From an uncultured Candidatus Rokubacteria bacterium (GTDB lineage: Bacteria; Methylomirabilota; Methylomirabilia; Rokubacteriales; CSP1-6), in the NCBI GenBank assembly GCA_963734175.1, contig CAVTGC010000010.1:252976-316975 (forward strand): a DNA stretch of 64,000 nt, written 5' to 3'. Below the pieces are notes generated by a model, which was not told the origin of the DNA, searched no databases, and saw nothing but the letters and a program-made list of their open reading frames with translations. This document shows, one piece after another, positions 29,571 to 39,736 of the stretch; positions within the stretch are counted from its first letter, which is position 1; each line of letters starts with the position of its first letter. The position numbers and the translations under genes are program-made.

Positions 29571-32300
29571 ATGAGTCGGATGGAAGAGCAGCAGATCCCT
29601 CCGAGACGGCGGAGATCGCCGGCCTGGAGGGGCAGCTGGCCGAGCTCGCGGCGACGGCCGGCGAAGCGCAGGATTTTCTGCTGCGCCTTGCGTCCGCGTT
29701 GTTTCCCGGGGGACCGCCGCGATCGCGCGCGCGTCACCTGGGCGGACCGCCGTGTCGGCTCCGACAGCGCCTTCGACCGCGATACCCCGGCGCGCGCCGA
29801 GGCGCGGCTCCGCGCGGCCGAGGTGCGCTACCGAACGCTCGTGGAGCAGATTCCCGCGGTGACGTTCATGGCCGTGCTCGGCGAGGGCGAGAACGAGGTC
29901 TACGTCAGCCCGCACATCGAGACGCTGCTCGGCTTCACCCAGAAGGAGTGGCTCGAGAACCCGTTTCTCTGGTACCGGCAGCTGCACCCCGACGATCGCG
30001 AGCTGTGGAACGAGGAGTTCGCCCGCGGCTGCCGCACCGGCGGCCCGTTCCGCGCCGAGTGCCGCTTCATCGCCCGCGACGGACACGTGGTGTGGGTGCG
30101 CGGCGAGGCGCGCGCTGGTCAAGGACGAGCATCGGGCGGCCGCTGTTCCTGCAGGGCGTCGCCTTCGACATCACCGAGAGCAAGCGAGCCGAGGCGCTGT
30201 TGCTTCGCGACGCGGTTCGTACGACCGAGGAGCGTTATCGCGATCTGGTCGATGGCCTCGGCGCCGATCGTCTGGGAAGCGGAGCCGGCGCCGTTCGAGT
30301 TCACGTTCGTGAGCCGGCGTTCGGAGGACATGCTCGGCGTCGCCTCCGAGCGAATGATGCGAGAACCAGGGTTCTGGCCAGGCCGCATTCACGTGGACGA
30401 TCGAGAGGCGGTGATAGGACACTGGCATGCTGCCATTCGGGAGGGCAACCATCACGCCTTCGAATACCGGGTCTGGACGGTGGACGGACGCCTTGTCTGG
30501 CTACAGGACAACGTTCGCATCATCCGCGACGCGGACGGGCACGCGCGTCATCTGCTCGGCGTCATGCTCGACATCACCGAGCGGAAGGCGACCGAGCAGG
30601 AGCGCGCCGAGCTGCTGCGCCGTGAGCAGGAGGCACGAACCGAATCGGAAACGATGAACCGAGTCGGGCGCGTGCTCGTTGCCGAGCTGGATACGTCGCG
30701 CCTCGTGCAGGCGGTCACGGACGCCGGCCGGGAGCTGTGCGGAGCCGAGTTCGGCGCCTTCTTCTACAACGTCACTGACGCGCCCGCCCGCGAATCCTAT
30801 ACGCTCTACACGCTGTCGGGCGCGCCCCGGGAGGCGTTCGAAAAGTTTCCCCAGCCGCGGAATACGCCGATCTTCGAGCCGACATTTCGCGGTACGGCAA
30901 TCGTCCGGATCGATGACGTGACCACGGATGCGCGCTACGGTCGGATGCCACCGCACCACGGTCTCCCGCCAGGCCATCTTCCCGTCCGGAGTTATCTGGC
31001 TGTACCCGTCAAGTCCCGCTCCGGCGAAGTCCTCGGAGGCCTCTTCTTCGGCCATCCTGCGCCAAAGCGCTTCACGGATCGCCATGAGCGCATGGTCAGT
31101 GCTCTCGCCGTTCAGGCGGCGATCGCAATGGACAACGCGCGTCTCTACGAGGCCGCAGAAAAGGCCCGTTTGGCTGCGGAAGAGGCCAATCGTGCGAAAG
31201 ACGAGTTCCTGGCCACCATGTCGCACGAGCTTCGAACACCTCTCAACTCGGTTCTCGGGTGGGTGCGTATGCTACGGGCCGGGCAGGTTGCTCCCGATCA
31301 GGTGTCCCATGCGCTCCTGGTCATCGAGCGAAACGCTCGTTCGCAGGTGCAGCTCGTGGAAGACATCATGGACGTCTCACGCATCGTCACGGGCAAGCTC
31401 CGTCTTGACGTCCAGCCAGTAGCCCTTGCTTCGGTGATCGAGGCCGCGGTCGATGTCGTGCGGCTGGCCGCTCAGACGAAGCGCATCGACCTTCAAGTCG
31501 ACGTCGATCCAGGGGTGCCGGGTCTGCTCGGTGATGCCAGTCGCCTTCAACAGGTAGTCTGGAACCTGCTGGCGAATGCCGTGAAGTTCACGCCAGTAGG
31601 CGGACACGTTGGCGTGCGGCTGGAGCACGCCGACAACAAGGCGAGGATCATAGTGACAGATACCGGGGCCGGCATCGCCCCTGAGTTTTTGCCGCACGTG
31701 TTCGAGCGCTTCCGCCAAGCTGACAGTTCGAGTACCCGCAGACACGGCGGGTTGGGACTCGGTCTTGCGATCGTACGTCACATCGTGGAGCAACACGGCG
31801 GTGAAGTGCGCGTGGCAAGTCGCGGACTCGGACAGGGCGCGACATTCACGGTGGAGATACCGCTGAGCGAAACCGTGGCGAGCGCGGATGAAGCAACGCG
31901 GAGCCCAGCCCAAACGAACAACGACGCGCTTCGTGGCGTACGGATTCTGCTGGTCGATGATGAGCCGGAGGCGCTCGAATTGACGACGGCCCTGTTACGA
32001 TTCGCGGGGGCCGAAGTGAGTGCCGTCCTATCGGCGGCGGAAGCGGTGCGCGCGATTGAGAATGCGAGCCCGGAGGTGCTGATAAGCGATATCGGAATGC
32101 CCGGACAGGACGGCTACCAGCTCATCCAGGATCTGCGACGCCGCGGATTTCGTTTTGCCGCGATCGCACTCACCGCGTACGGACGCTCGGAGGATCGTGA
32201 GCAGGCATTCAAAGCCGGCTTCCAAGTGCATCTTCCGAAACCTGCCGATCCGCGAGAGCTGACGACGGCCATCTTGACGTTGCTCGGCAAAACACCGTAA
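29571..32300 (+). CDS. Hybrid sensor histidine kinase (PAS-PAS-GAF-HisKA-HATPase_c-REC), 909 aa. Its second PAS domain contains two compensating 1-nt frameshifts.
   Basis: HisKA H-box …EFLATMSHELRTPLNSVLGW… ; HATPase …VTDTGAGIAPEFLPHVFERFRQAD…[23 protein letters not shown]… ; REC …RILLVDDEPEALEL…LISDIGMPGQDGYQLIQDLRRRG…. Between about 30118 and 30280 the conserved PAS sequence (…GRPLFLQGVAFDITESKRAEALLLRDAVRTTEERYRDLVDGLGA…) is readable only in the neighbouring frame (ORF 29699..30625). Confidence 0.8.
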   Translation: MSRMEEQQIPPRRRRSPAWRGSWPSSRRRPAKRRIFCCALRPRCFPGDRRDRARVTWADRRVGSDSAFDRDTPARAEARLRAAEVRYRTLVEQIPAVTFMAVLGEGENEVYVSPHIETLLGFTQKEWLENPFLWYRQLHPDDRELWNEEFARGCRTGGPFRAECRFIARDGHVVWVRGEARAGQGRASGGRCSCRASPSTSPRASEPRRCCFATRFVRPRSVIAIWSMASAPIVWEAEPAPFEFTFVSRRSEDMLGVASERMMREPGFWPGRIHVDDREAVIGHWHAAIREGNHHAFEYRVWTVDGRLVWLQDNVRIIRDADGHARHLLGVMLDITERKATEQERAELLRREQEARTESETMNRVGRVLVAELDTSRLVQAVTDAGRELCGAEFGAFFYNVTDAPARESYTLYTLSGAPREAFEKFPQPRNTPIFEPTFRGTAIVRIDDVTTDARYGRMPPHHGLPPGHLPVRSYLAVPVKSRSGEVLGGLFFGHPAPKRFTDRHERMVSALAVQAAIAMDNARLYEAAEKARLAAEEANRAKDEFLATMSHELRTPLNSVLGWVRMLRAGQVAPDQVSHALLVIERNARSQVQLVEDIMDVSRIVTGKLRLDVQPVALASVIEAAVDVVRLAAQTKRIDLQVDVDPGVPGLLGDASRLQQVVWNLLANAVKFTPVGGHVGVRLEHADNKARIIVTDTGAGIAPEFLPHVFERFRQADSSSTRRHGGLGLGLAIVRHIVEQHGGEVRVASRGLGQGATFTVEIPLSETVASADEATRSPAQTNNDALRGVRILLVDDEPEALELTTALLRFAGAEVSAVLSAAEAVRAIENASPEVLISDIGMPGQDGYQLIQDLRRRGFRFAAIALTAYGRSEDREQAFKAGFQVHLPKPADPRELTTAILTLLGKTP

Positions 32301-32311
32301 CGAAGCACCGG

Positions 32312-32739
32312 ATGAGCCGAGGGTCTCAAATGGCGGAACCTCTTGCCGGTATCTCGGTGCTTGTGGTCGACGACGACGACGACGCTCGTGAGTTGACAGA
32401 GATCGCCTTGCGTCAGGTCGGCACGACGGTACGGTCAGCGTCGAGCGCCATGGAGGCCCTCGAGCTCATCAAGGCCGCCATCCCCGCTGTCGTGGTTGCC
32501 GACATGGCCATGCCGCAGCACGATGGCACGTGGCTCCTTCGGGAAGTGCGGTGTCTTCAGAGTGCTCGGACGATCCCGTTTATCGTTTCACGGCGCTCGC
32601 CATGGCCCACGACAGGCAACGCATACTTGCTGCCGGATTCGCCGACCACATCATCAAACCCGCGGACCCAGACGAAGTAGTCAAGGCGATTGTGCTAGTC
32701 ACGGCCTCGACGAAGAGTACCCGCGGCAAAGAGCAATAG
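32312..32739 (+). pseudogene. Single-domain response regulator (REC) with a 1-nt deletion in a T-run near 32578
   Basis: …ISVLVVDDDDDARELTEIALRQVGTTVRSASSAMEALELIKAAIPAVVVADMAMPQHDGTWLLREVR… The C-terminus …FTALAMAHDRQRILAAGFADHIIKPADPDEVVKAIV… is in the +1 frame. The expected gttttcacg appears as gtttcacg. Confidence 0.7.
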
Positions 32740-33498
32740 CTATCGAGGTCGCCGTCGCGCGGTAAGATGCTGCGCCTCGATCCACAGTTGCGTGTCATCG
32801 AAGCCGACCGTGACTGTCGCGTCGCTCGCAAGCCAGGTGGCCTCCTTCGCATCGATCAAGGAAAATCTCGGTGGCGTCGATGTTTTGCCGCAACGGTCGC
32901 AGGGGAATCCGGCCGAGTCTTGAGCCCCGCGAGTAGCGAACGCCGCCGTTAGGCTGATTGCGCAAGCGCGGCCAGATTCACAGAGTGCATGGGAGACGCG
33001 GTGAGGAGTTCTCGCGTGTCGCCATGCGATCTGTGCAGCTTCCTTGATATGCTCCCCATGCGCGTTCCTTCAGCGGCCGCCCAGCCAGGCGGCGCGGTGG
33101 TTGTCATCTGCACGAGTGGAATAATGCGCCATTTGTCTTGTCTCAATGAATCGGGACGCGACCCACCTGCGCCCACTGCCAAAAAGCTGACGATGGCCGG
33201 GGGAAGCAACCGCCTTCCGGTCCCATGTATCGGTTGTGACAGCGAGCGCCTTTGGCTGCCGCGCTCCTGGACAAAGCGGACGCGGCAAACGCGAGGCTGC
33301 CGCCTATGACGCGGAATGGGTGGGCGAGCGGGACTTCGCGGCGCTTTCGCACTGGTTTGGCGACGTGGGCGCCGAAGCGGTGCCCGCGAGCGCGGCCGCG
33401 GCGCAGGACGTCGACGACTGGCTCGACAGCCTGCTCGATACATTGGGCCACAGCATGACCGCGGCCCAGCCCACTCGGCAACTCAGGGTCTTGCTACC

Positions 33499-33744
33499 AT
33501 GAACGCAACGGCCCCGGACATCGTCCTCCTCAGCCTGGATCTTCGAGGCATCAGGGGACTTGACGCACTGCCCGTCCTCCGGCATTACCATCCGACCGTC
33601 CCCATCATCGCGGTGACAGCCAGGCTGGATCCGCTCACAGAACGGCAAGCGCGGAGCCTGGGCGCCTTCGATGTGTTGCTCGCTCCGGTGGAGATTGACC
33701 GACTAGCCGCGGCCCTCGAGCGTGCGACTGAGCACCGTTCCTAG
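33499..33744 (+). CDS. Receiver-like fragment of 81 aa
   Basis: MNATAPDIVLLSLDLRGIRGLDALPVLRHYHPTVPIIAVTARLDPLTERQARSLGAFDVLLAPVEIDRL. This is REC-like, but it lacks the N-terminal acidic pocket and has Ser at the phospho-Asp position. Confidence 0.3.
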   Translation: MNATAPDIVLLSLDLRGIRGLDALPVLRHYHPTVPIIAVTARLDPLTERQARSLGAFDVLLAPVEIDRLAAALERATEHRS

Positions 33745-33806
33745 GTCGGCGCCGGCGGATCGGCTATCTGTCGTCACGATCCGATACACAACACGCCGTC
33801 GATGCG

Positions 33807-34440
33807 TCATCGTGCAGAAGCGTCCGGACGCGCTCCTGGTACCAGGGGGATCGAGTGTTCCTGACCACGCGCGTGCGGATGTGCAGTTTGCGGCCCAAAC
33901 GGCGCTTGCCAGGCATGTATGCGTACCGGGAACTCGTCGAGGCGGGCGGCCTTGCTTCCTTTGGGCGAACTACGCGGCCATGCACAGGCGTGCCGCCTAC
34001 TATGTGGACGCCGGCGTGTAGCTCGTGAACATGGCATCGACCTTCGCAATGACGAGTGCCCGCGCGAGAGCCCGAAACTGCTCAACCCGCCCCTCCAAGA
34101 AGCGGCGCTCGAAGATGACATTCCGCCCCTCGACCCACCCGGCGTCGCGAGACCCCTCGACGAAGCGTCCCTGGCCGGCGTGGCTCCAGGCACACCGTCG
34201 AGATGGCAGATTGGGGCCGGCTTCTTTGCTTGCGCATGTTGCACCGCAGCTTCGAGCGGCGCTGCGAGGTCGCCAGCCAGGGAGGTCAGCAGGATGCGGC
34301 GGCGATTCACTACTCGATCACCTGATCCGCCCGTGCTAGCAGCGAGGGCGGGATCGTCAGGCCGAGCGCCGTGGCGGTCTTTTGAGGTTGTTGACGAGTT
34401 CGAACGTCGTTGGTCCCTTGACTGGTAGATCGCCGGGTTT
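33807..34440 (-). pseudogene. Remnant of a PF04392 substrate-binding-protein tandem junction (3' end of one copy plus the Tat-signal 5' end of the next)
   Basis: 34322-34440 is a degraded copy of the …TIPPSLLARADQVIE* 3' end seen in the array at 47417-51355. It is followed directly by MNRRRILLTSLAG…. The rest of the gene is unrecognisable. Confidence 0.4.
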
Positions 34441-34563
34441 TGTCCGGCGGAAGTCTTCGATCGTGTCGTGATCGTCGTTGACCATCAACACCCGAGCAGA
34501 CACGGGCGCGGTCCTAGGTTATGTGGTTGGGGCGTGCGCAGTCGCCCGATGATACCCGCGACT

Positions 34564-34878
34564 TCAACCGCGCTCCTCATCGAGCTGACGATCGAACCAC
34601 TCCTCGACCCGATCAGCCGCCACGTGCGGCTCGGGCAGCGACGCAAGCACCGCTGTCCACACCTCCTGCAACTCGCGCAGGTGTGCGATTAGACGCTCTG
34701 CATCGCGGCGCATGGCTTCGGCGCTCGTCGTGGGCCGGCCGAAGCGGTTCAGCGCCGCTTGCATCGCCGCGGGCACTGCATCGAGGGCGACGAGGAGATT
34801 CGAAGCTGCCGACACACCGCCAGCAAGGACGTCGCGCAGCTCGGCCAGGGGGTCACCTGTGACATCGCTTGGCATCAT
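34564..34878 (-). CDS. Hypothetical protein
   Basis: ORF only. Its C-terminus …PEPHVAADRVEEWF resembles the fragment at 39371..39595 (…LEPDVAADRIEEVV). Confidence 0.25.
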   Translation of the reverse strand: MMPSDVTGDPLAELRDVLAGGVSAASNLLVALDAVPAAMQAALNRFGRPTTSAEAMRRDAERLIAHLRELQEVWTAVLASLPEPHVAADRVEEWFDRQLDEERG

Positions 34879-35720
34879 GGAGGGAGTCCTGGACGGGTAA
34901 TGGCGGCTGGGTCATTCTCCACCGCGACTTTGATCACCTGCTTGAGCAGCGCCCCATACACCTTGGCCGGAGCAAACTCGATGCCCGCTACTCCTTGCGT
35001 AGCAGGTCGCGGATGGTGTTGCCCACTCCCAGGGGTCGACCGGCTTCAGCTGCTTTCGGGCGAATGGCGCCTGGGCTAGGCGGGGATCTGCCGCTCGGCG
35101 AAGGCCCTCATCGCGATCACCGGAACCGGTCGGGGTTGCTTATGATCTGTTCAAGCAGCCAGACGCCACCCTCGTCAGGGATCCGGTAATCGATAATGAC
35201 GATGTCGGCTGCGTCGATAAGGCAAGTGCTTCACGCGCCGGACGCCACGGCCCTCACGGTGGCCCCGTCGTCTCTCAGCACCCGTTCCACGATCTCGCGG
35301 TGTCGTAGTTGTCCGGAGATGACAATGCGGAGGCCGGCCAGAGGCGCGGGCATGGCCGATTGTCAGCGTCGGCATCTACCCTGGTTGCGGGTGGCGCGCC
35401 ACGTGTACCACCCGCGCGTCTCCGACGGTACGGCGTGTCCGCTCGCGGATGCGCCAAACGTTCGCGATGACTTCCTTCGAGTAAGCTCGTTGACCTTCCG
35501 ATGACAGTACCACTGAAGAAGAGTTCTTCTCCCGGCCATGCGCGACTTGCCGCCGGCACCCGCCGAGGCTTCCTCGGACCGTGACTGTCTGGTTAGGTCT
35601 CAACGGCTGCTCTTCGAGCTGCCGGCGCTTACGACGCCCCGACCCGTATCAGTGCATGCGTTGGCCGCGCAAGAGGGAGCGCCACCCCGGTCTACGAGAG
35701 GGAGGTCTTTAGCGGTTCAA

Positions 35721-36359
35721 TCAGCTCGACCAACCAATTGACGGAACACTCCGTAGCCCCGCCCGGACCTCCACGGCTTCTCCACTCGCCAGCGCGGGCA
35801 ACACCTCCGCCAGCTCCTCGACCGGCAGCGCCGCATCGACCCCGTCGCGTGTGATGGCGTTCACCGGCATGGTCGCGTGGCGCGCCTGCTGCGGATGCTG
35901 CACGAGCGAGAGTCCTCCACCATTCTTGACGGCGATCAGGCCGCGCACCCCATCCACCCCGGTGCCGCTCAGCACGACGCCGACGACCCTGGGCCCGAAT
36001 GCCCGCGCCGCGCTCACGAACAGCGGATCCACAGCTGGACGCGTGTGATGCTCGCGCGGGCCCCCGCTGAGGCGTAGACGCCGATCCTCGATGAGCAGGT
36101 GCCGATCGCGGGGAGCGATGTAGATCGCGCCCGGACGCAGTCGCTCGCCCTCCTGGGCTTCCTGTACGGGGAGCGCCGCGCGACGGCCGAGCACCTCGGC
36201 GAGTCGTCCCTCGAATGTGGGGCTGCGGTGCAGCACGACGGCCATCGTGGCCTCGAGGTCGGGCGGCAGCCGCGCAAACAGCGCCATCAGTGCCTCGATC
36301 CCGCCCGCCGATGCCCCGATCACGACCACATCGCGACGGATCCCGTCGGCGTTCAGCAT
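35721..36359 (-). CDS. CheB-type protein-glutamate methylesterase catalytic domain with no receiver domain
   Basis: MLNADGIRRDVVVIGASAGGIEALMALFARLPPDLEATMAVVLHRSPTFEGRLAEVLGRRAALPV…RPGAIYIAPRDRHLLIE…TRPAVDPLFVSAARAFGPRVVGVVLSGTGVDGVRGLIAVKNGGGLSLVQHP…. Confidence 0.75.
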   Translation of the reverse strand: MLNADGIRRDVVVIGASAGGIEALMALFARLPPDLEATMAVVLHRSPTFEGRLAEVLGRRAALPVQEAQEGERLRPGAIYIAPRDRHLLIEDRRLRLSGGPREHHTRPAVDPLFVSAARAFGPRVVGVVLSGTGVDGVRGLIAVKNGGGLSLVQHPQQARHATMPVNAITRDGVDAALPVEELAEVLPALASGEAVEVRAGLRSVPSIGWSS

Positions 36360-36769
36360 GTCCGGATCGGCTCCTGGTCCACGCCTAGGGCGAGAGGGCG
36401 GTTGGCCATGGCCACACGGCGGACTGTCTCGGAATCTGCTTCCAACCGGGCGACTCGCTCCTTGAGGTCCTCGGACGGACAGGGATTGCGGTACGGCTCT
36501 CCGAGCCGCAGCAGGTCCTGTCCGAGGGTTCGCAGCTCCTCGAGCCGGGTGACCGCCACCCACAGGCAGCGCTCGACGGCCTCCTCCTTCGCCGCCAAGA
36601 GGCTTTCCAGGGCGAAGGCGTGACCGATCCTGCAGCGGAAGCTGAGGTACCCGCCGTCGCCCTCGGCGCGGACGGTCAGGGATCCCCCGCAATCGGGACA
36701 GGCCACGCCGGTGAGCGCGGGGCGCGGCCCAACCCTCGGCAGTGCGCGCACAGGCTCGAATTCAGCCAT
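36353..36769 (-). CDS. Zinc-ribbon protein translationally coupled to the CheB methylesterase (ATGCTGA overlap)
   Basis: MAEFEPVRALPRVGPRPALTGVACPDCGGSLTVRAEGDGGYLSFRCRIGHAFALESLLAAKEEAVERCLWVAVTRLEEL…. Confidence 0.45.
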   Translation of the reverse strand: MAEFEPVRALPRVGPRPALTGVACPDCGGSLTVRAEGDGGYLSFRCRIGHAFALESLLAAKEEAVERCLWVAVTRLEELRTLGQDLLRLGEPYRNPCPSEDLKERVARLEADSETVRRVAMANRPLALGVDQEPIRTC

Positions 36770-37276
36770 GCCAATTCAGCGTGCAACCCTTCGGCCAACG
36801 GCTGCTTCATGCTCAGGCCTGGGGCGTTCAGTCGTTTTACGCGGGCCACGATCTGCTAGAGGTGATGGCATGGAGCTTCATGGCTTTGCGAGGACCGGTC
36901 GCTGCTCGATAGGGCGTTCCGAGTCTGCCGAAGCAACGTCTCCTAGAAGTCGTCGAATCTGACGCGGAGTCAAACGCGTACGCGCGGAGCCTATCGAGGA
37001 GAGCTGTGAAAAATCGAAAGCTTTCTCTCGACAGCGATCCGGCTACTATGAGCACCTAGAGAAATGGCCGATGAGCGCCAATTCCTTCAGACCGGCAAGA
37101 ACGTCGTCGCACAATCGCAGATCAGGGGCGCAAGGTGGTGGAGGTTTCCTAGCGCAGCCACACTACGTCATCGTCACCGAGGCCGAGGACAAGGCCCGAA
37201 GCAAGTAAACCCCTAAGCTCTCTCACTTGCTTCTCAGGCTGTCCTCAAGCGGCGGTGCTCAAGGTCACCTCTAGCT

Positions 37277-38444
37277 TGTCCAGACTCGAAATGGTGTTGA
37301 CACTTCCGCGGTCCCAGAGTGGTGGTGAATGAGCTCATTGTGTGGCCACGCCCCAAACGAGCGCGGCCGGGGTACGACCGCGGACGCGATAGCCTTGGTG
37401 AGGCCGGTCGTGGTTGTAGTAGCGCATGAAGCCGTCGAGGGCTCGCTGCAGCGTCGCGCGACGCGTGAAATAGCGGCGACGGAAGACGACGCGCCAGAGT
37501 TCCTGGAGAATCGTGCCCTGCAGGCGTTCGACGAAGCCGTTGGTCCAGGCATGACGCGGTTTCGTGCGCGTATGGCGGAGGCGGAGCTCGCGGCAGGCCC
37601 CATCAAAGGCGCCCTTGAATTCCGGGCCACCATCGGTGAGCACGCGCCGCACCGGCCAGCCCGCGCGCTGGAAGTGCGGCACCACGACCTCGCGCAGGAA
37701 GCGGGCGGCGGCGGCCGCGTCGTGGGCGGGCAGCAGGCCGGCCAGCCCGTAAGAGGTCGCCGCGTCGCACGCGGTGATCTGCCACACCTTGCCCACGCCT
37801 TTGAGGTTGCCGATGTAGAAGGTGTCCAGACACACCAGCTGGCCCGGCTCCGTGGCCTCGACGTGCCGCGTGCGGCCGTGACGGGCCCGCCAGAGCTTCT
37901 CCCGGGTGCGGTCCGTGAGCAGCCCCGCCGTCCGGGCGGCCTGCTGCTCGAGCACCGTCAGGCGCGCTCGGCGCGTGGCCAAACCGACTCGGCGGAGCAG
38001 CCGCTGCACGGTGCTGGGCGCCAGGCGGATCTGCCAGGTGCGCGCCAGGTAGGCCGCCAGGCGGCGACACCCCCAGGTCGCGGCGCTGATCGCAATCCCC
38101 AGCACCAGCCGTTCCACCTCCGGCGGGGTCGCCACCGGCCGCCCCGCGCCGGCGCGCTGCCGCCGGGGATGAACCCCCTCGACGCCATAGCGTTCCAGCC
38201 GTTGGCGCCAGCGGTAAAACAGGGTCCGGGAGATGCCCAGCTCGCGGCAGACGGCGCTGACGTTGCCGAGCACCTGCGCCCGCTCGATGACGCGCAGGCG
38301 CATTCCGTGTACGCTCTCGTCGAGGGTCATCGGTCCGTCCTCCCACAGTGGTTCCCTTGGCGGGGTAAGCACTCTGGGAAAGATAGAGCCGATGGCCTTC
38401 TTGTTCGTTCACGGCAAGTGTCAACACTATTTCGAGTCCGGACA
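37277..38444 (-). mobile_element. IS481-family insertion sequence, copy A, 1168 bp
   Basis: Terminal inverted repeats TGTCCaGACTCGAAATgGTGTTGACAC… Flanked by the 8-bp direct repeat CTCTAGCT (37269-37276 and 38445-38452). Confidence 0.9.
37335..38372 (-). CDS. IS481-family transposase (HTH plus rve/DDE integrase core), 345 aa
   Basis: …LFYRWRQRLERYGVEGVHPRRQRAG…QLVCLDTFYIGNLKGVGKVWQITACDAATS…VLTDGGPEFKG…HTRTKPRHAWTNGFVERLQGTI…YNHDRPHQGY…. Confidence 0.9.
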   Translation of the reverse strand: MLTPPREPLWEDGPMTLDESVHGMRLRVIERAQVLGNVSAVCRELGISRTLFYRWRQRLERYGVEGVHPRRQRAGAGRPVATPPEVERLVLGIAISAATWGCRRLAAYLARTWQIRLAPSTVQRLLRRVGLATRRARLTVLEQQAARTAGLLTDRTREKLWRARHGRTRHVEATEPGQLVCLDTFYIGNLKGVGKVWQITACDAATSYGLAGLLPAHDAAAAARFLREVVVPHFQRAGWPVRRVLTDGGPEFKGAFDGACRELRLRHTRTKPRHAWTNGFVERLQGTILQELWRVVFRRRYFTRRATLQRALDGFMRYYNHDRPHQGYRVRGRTPAALVWGVATQ

Positions 38445-38534
38445 CTCTAGCTCGCATGATGCCCAGCTTTGCTGGTCCGAAGTGAGCGCCAGCCGGACCC
38501 AGCCGGATCATCATCATGGATGAGCAGGCGCGCA

Positions 38535-38834
38535 CTAGCCGACTCGTATAAACGTCTCATCGCACGCATGGCAGATCCAGATCCACTCCTCCGGGCTGCC
38601 CCCAGCCCCCGTGTGAGAAACATCACTAGACATGCAGTCGGAGTTCGGGCAGCGACTCTTCATGGTACGGCGCTGAGGCTTGTCCTGGTCCATCGGTTCC
38701 CCTATCACCGGCTGCCCTCTCTCCGCACCGACGCGGAGGTCGAAATTGTGGGTCATCGTCGTTTCGGCCTTCGGCTTCCTCCGCCGACCACCTCCGACGT
38801 TAGCTAGCCGCAGCGACTCCGTCCAGCCCTGCAT
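38535..38834 (-). CDS. Small 4-Cys zinc-ribbon-like protein (…SRCPNSDC…WIWICHACDETFIRVG)
   Basis: ORF only. It sits directly downstream of a sub-family B gene. Confidence 0.3.
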   Translation of the reverse strand: MQGWTESLRLANVGGGRRRKPKAETTMTHNFDLRVGAERGQPVIGEPMDQDKPQRRTMKSRCPNSDCMSSDVSHTGAGGSPEEWIWICHACDETFIRVG

Positions 38835-39231
38835 CGGGCCAGAGGTTCAGGCACTTGGGATGGAAGAACACCTTGATGGCGGACGCGAGGACGACGTCGA
38901 ACTCCATCTCGCCCATGCCAATGATCGTGCCGCAGGCAATGCAGGCGTGCGTCTCACGACAGGGACCGGCCCACACGCGCGCCGGCCGGGTTAGCGGAAG
39001 AACACCGCGCTGGACGAGCCCCCGAAGCCTTTCCAGGACCGCGGCTTTATTGGGAGGCGTCTCTCCACCGCCGCGGATCAAGCGTTGCCGAGTGAGGACG
39101 ACCTTGGTGAGCGCAAGCAGCCACTCGCTGCGGTCAAGGACGGAGAGACTGCGGCTGCAGTGGGCAAGGCTTCTGAGTCGTCGGGTAGCAGCTCGCCCGA
39201 CTCGTTCCTCGACTGAGGCGCTCTGGGTCAT
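38800..39231 (-). CDS. Small C-terminal zinc-ribbon protein, sub-family B
   Basis: Internal Met (MTQSASVEERVGRAATRRL…) of ORF 38800..39405. Its C-terminus aligns with 7311..7634. Confidence 0.5.
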   Translation of the reverse strand: MTQSASVEERVGRAATRRLRSLAHCSRSLSVLDRSEWLLALTKVVLTRQRLIRGGGETPPNKAAVLERLRGLVQRGVLPLTRPARVWAGPCRETHACIACGTIIGMGEMEFDVVLASAIKVFFHPKCLNLWPDAGLDGVAAAS

Positions 39232-39736
39232 GCGCCGATTCCTCCAGAGGCAACGCAGAGTAGCAAAAACGGCCGCGAGCGTAGGATCGTCTGCCCCCCT
39301 CCGGACGCCACACCGCTCTTCGCCGCCGCCGGCTCGACGCGCTGACGACCCCGGCTCCCCGACCTGGCGATCAAACCACTTCTTCGATCCGATCAGCCGC
39401 GACATCCGGTTCGAGCAGCCTGTTGAACGGAAGCGGCCAGGGCGGGAGGTGCGTCGGCGGCGTCAGCCTGAGAGGCTCGCGACTCGCCTTTCTGCAGTAA
39501 TGACGATGCTGGTGCCATGTCGCGCGATGCTGCCCGGATGCTGCGAGTATGCCCACGTCTCTGGCCCAGCAGTACCATGGCATCGCAGCCGCCATCTTAC
39601 GCGGTCAGCTATCCGGTGCGAGGTGGCGGTTCACTCTGACTCGTGAAACGCGATCCATGCGCCCTCTCTGCCAACATGAGTGAGACAGTGACCCCCTGGG
39701 AGTTTAGAGTCGAGGGCGAGGCAGGATCGGAGAGCG

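Noticed and set aside
37329-38450. 373-aa ORF opposite the IS481 transposase (also 44820..45941 and 59864..60985, plus the 280-429-aa ORFs 37603..38535, 44378..45667, 60138..60980)
   Set aside because: High-GC antisense shadows of the IS481 transposase. Identical copies simply reproduce the same spurious frames.
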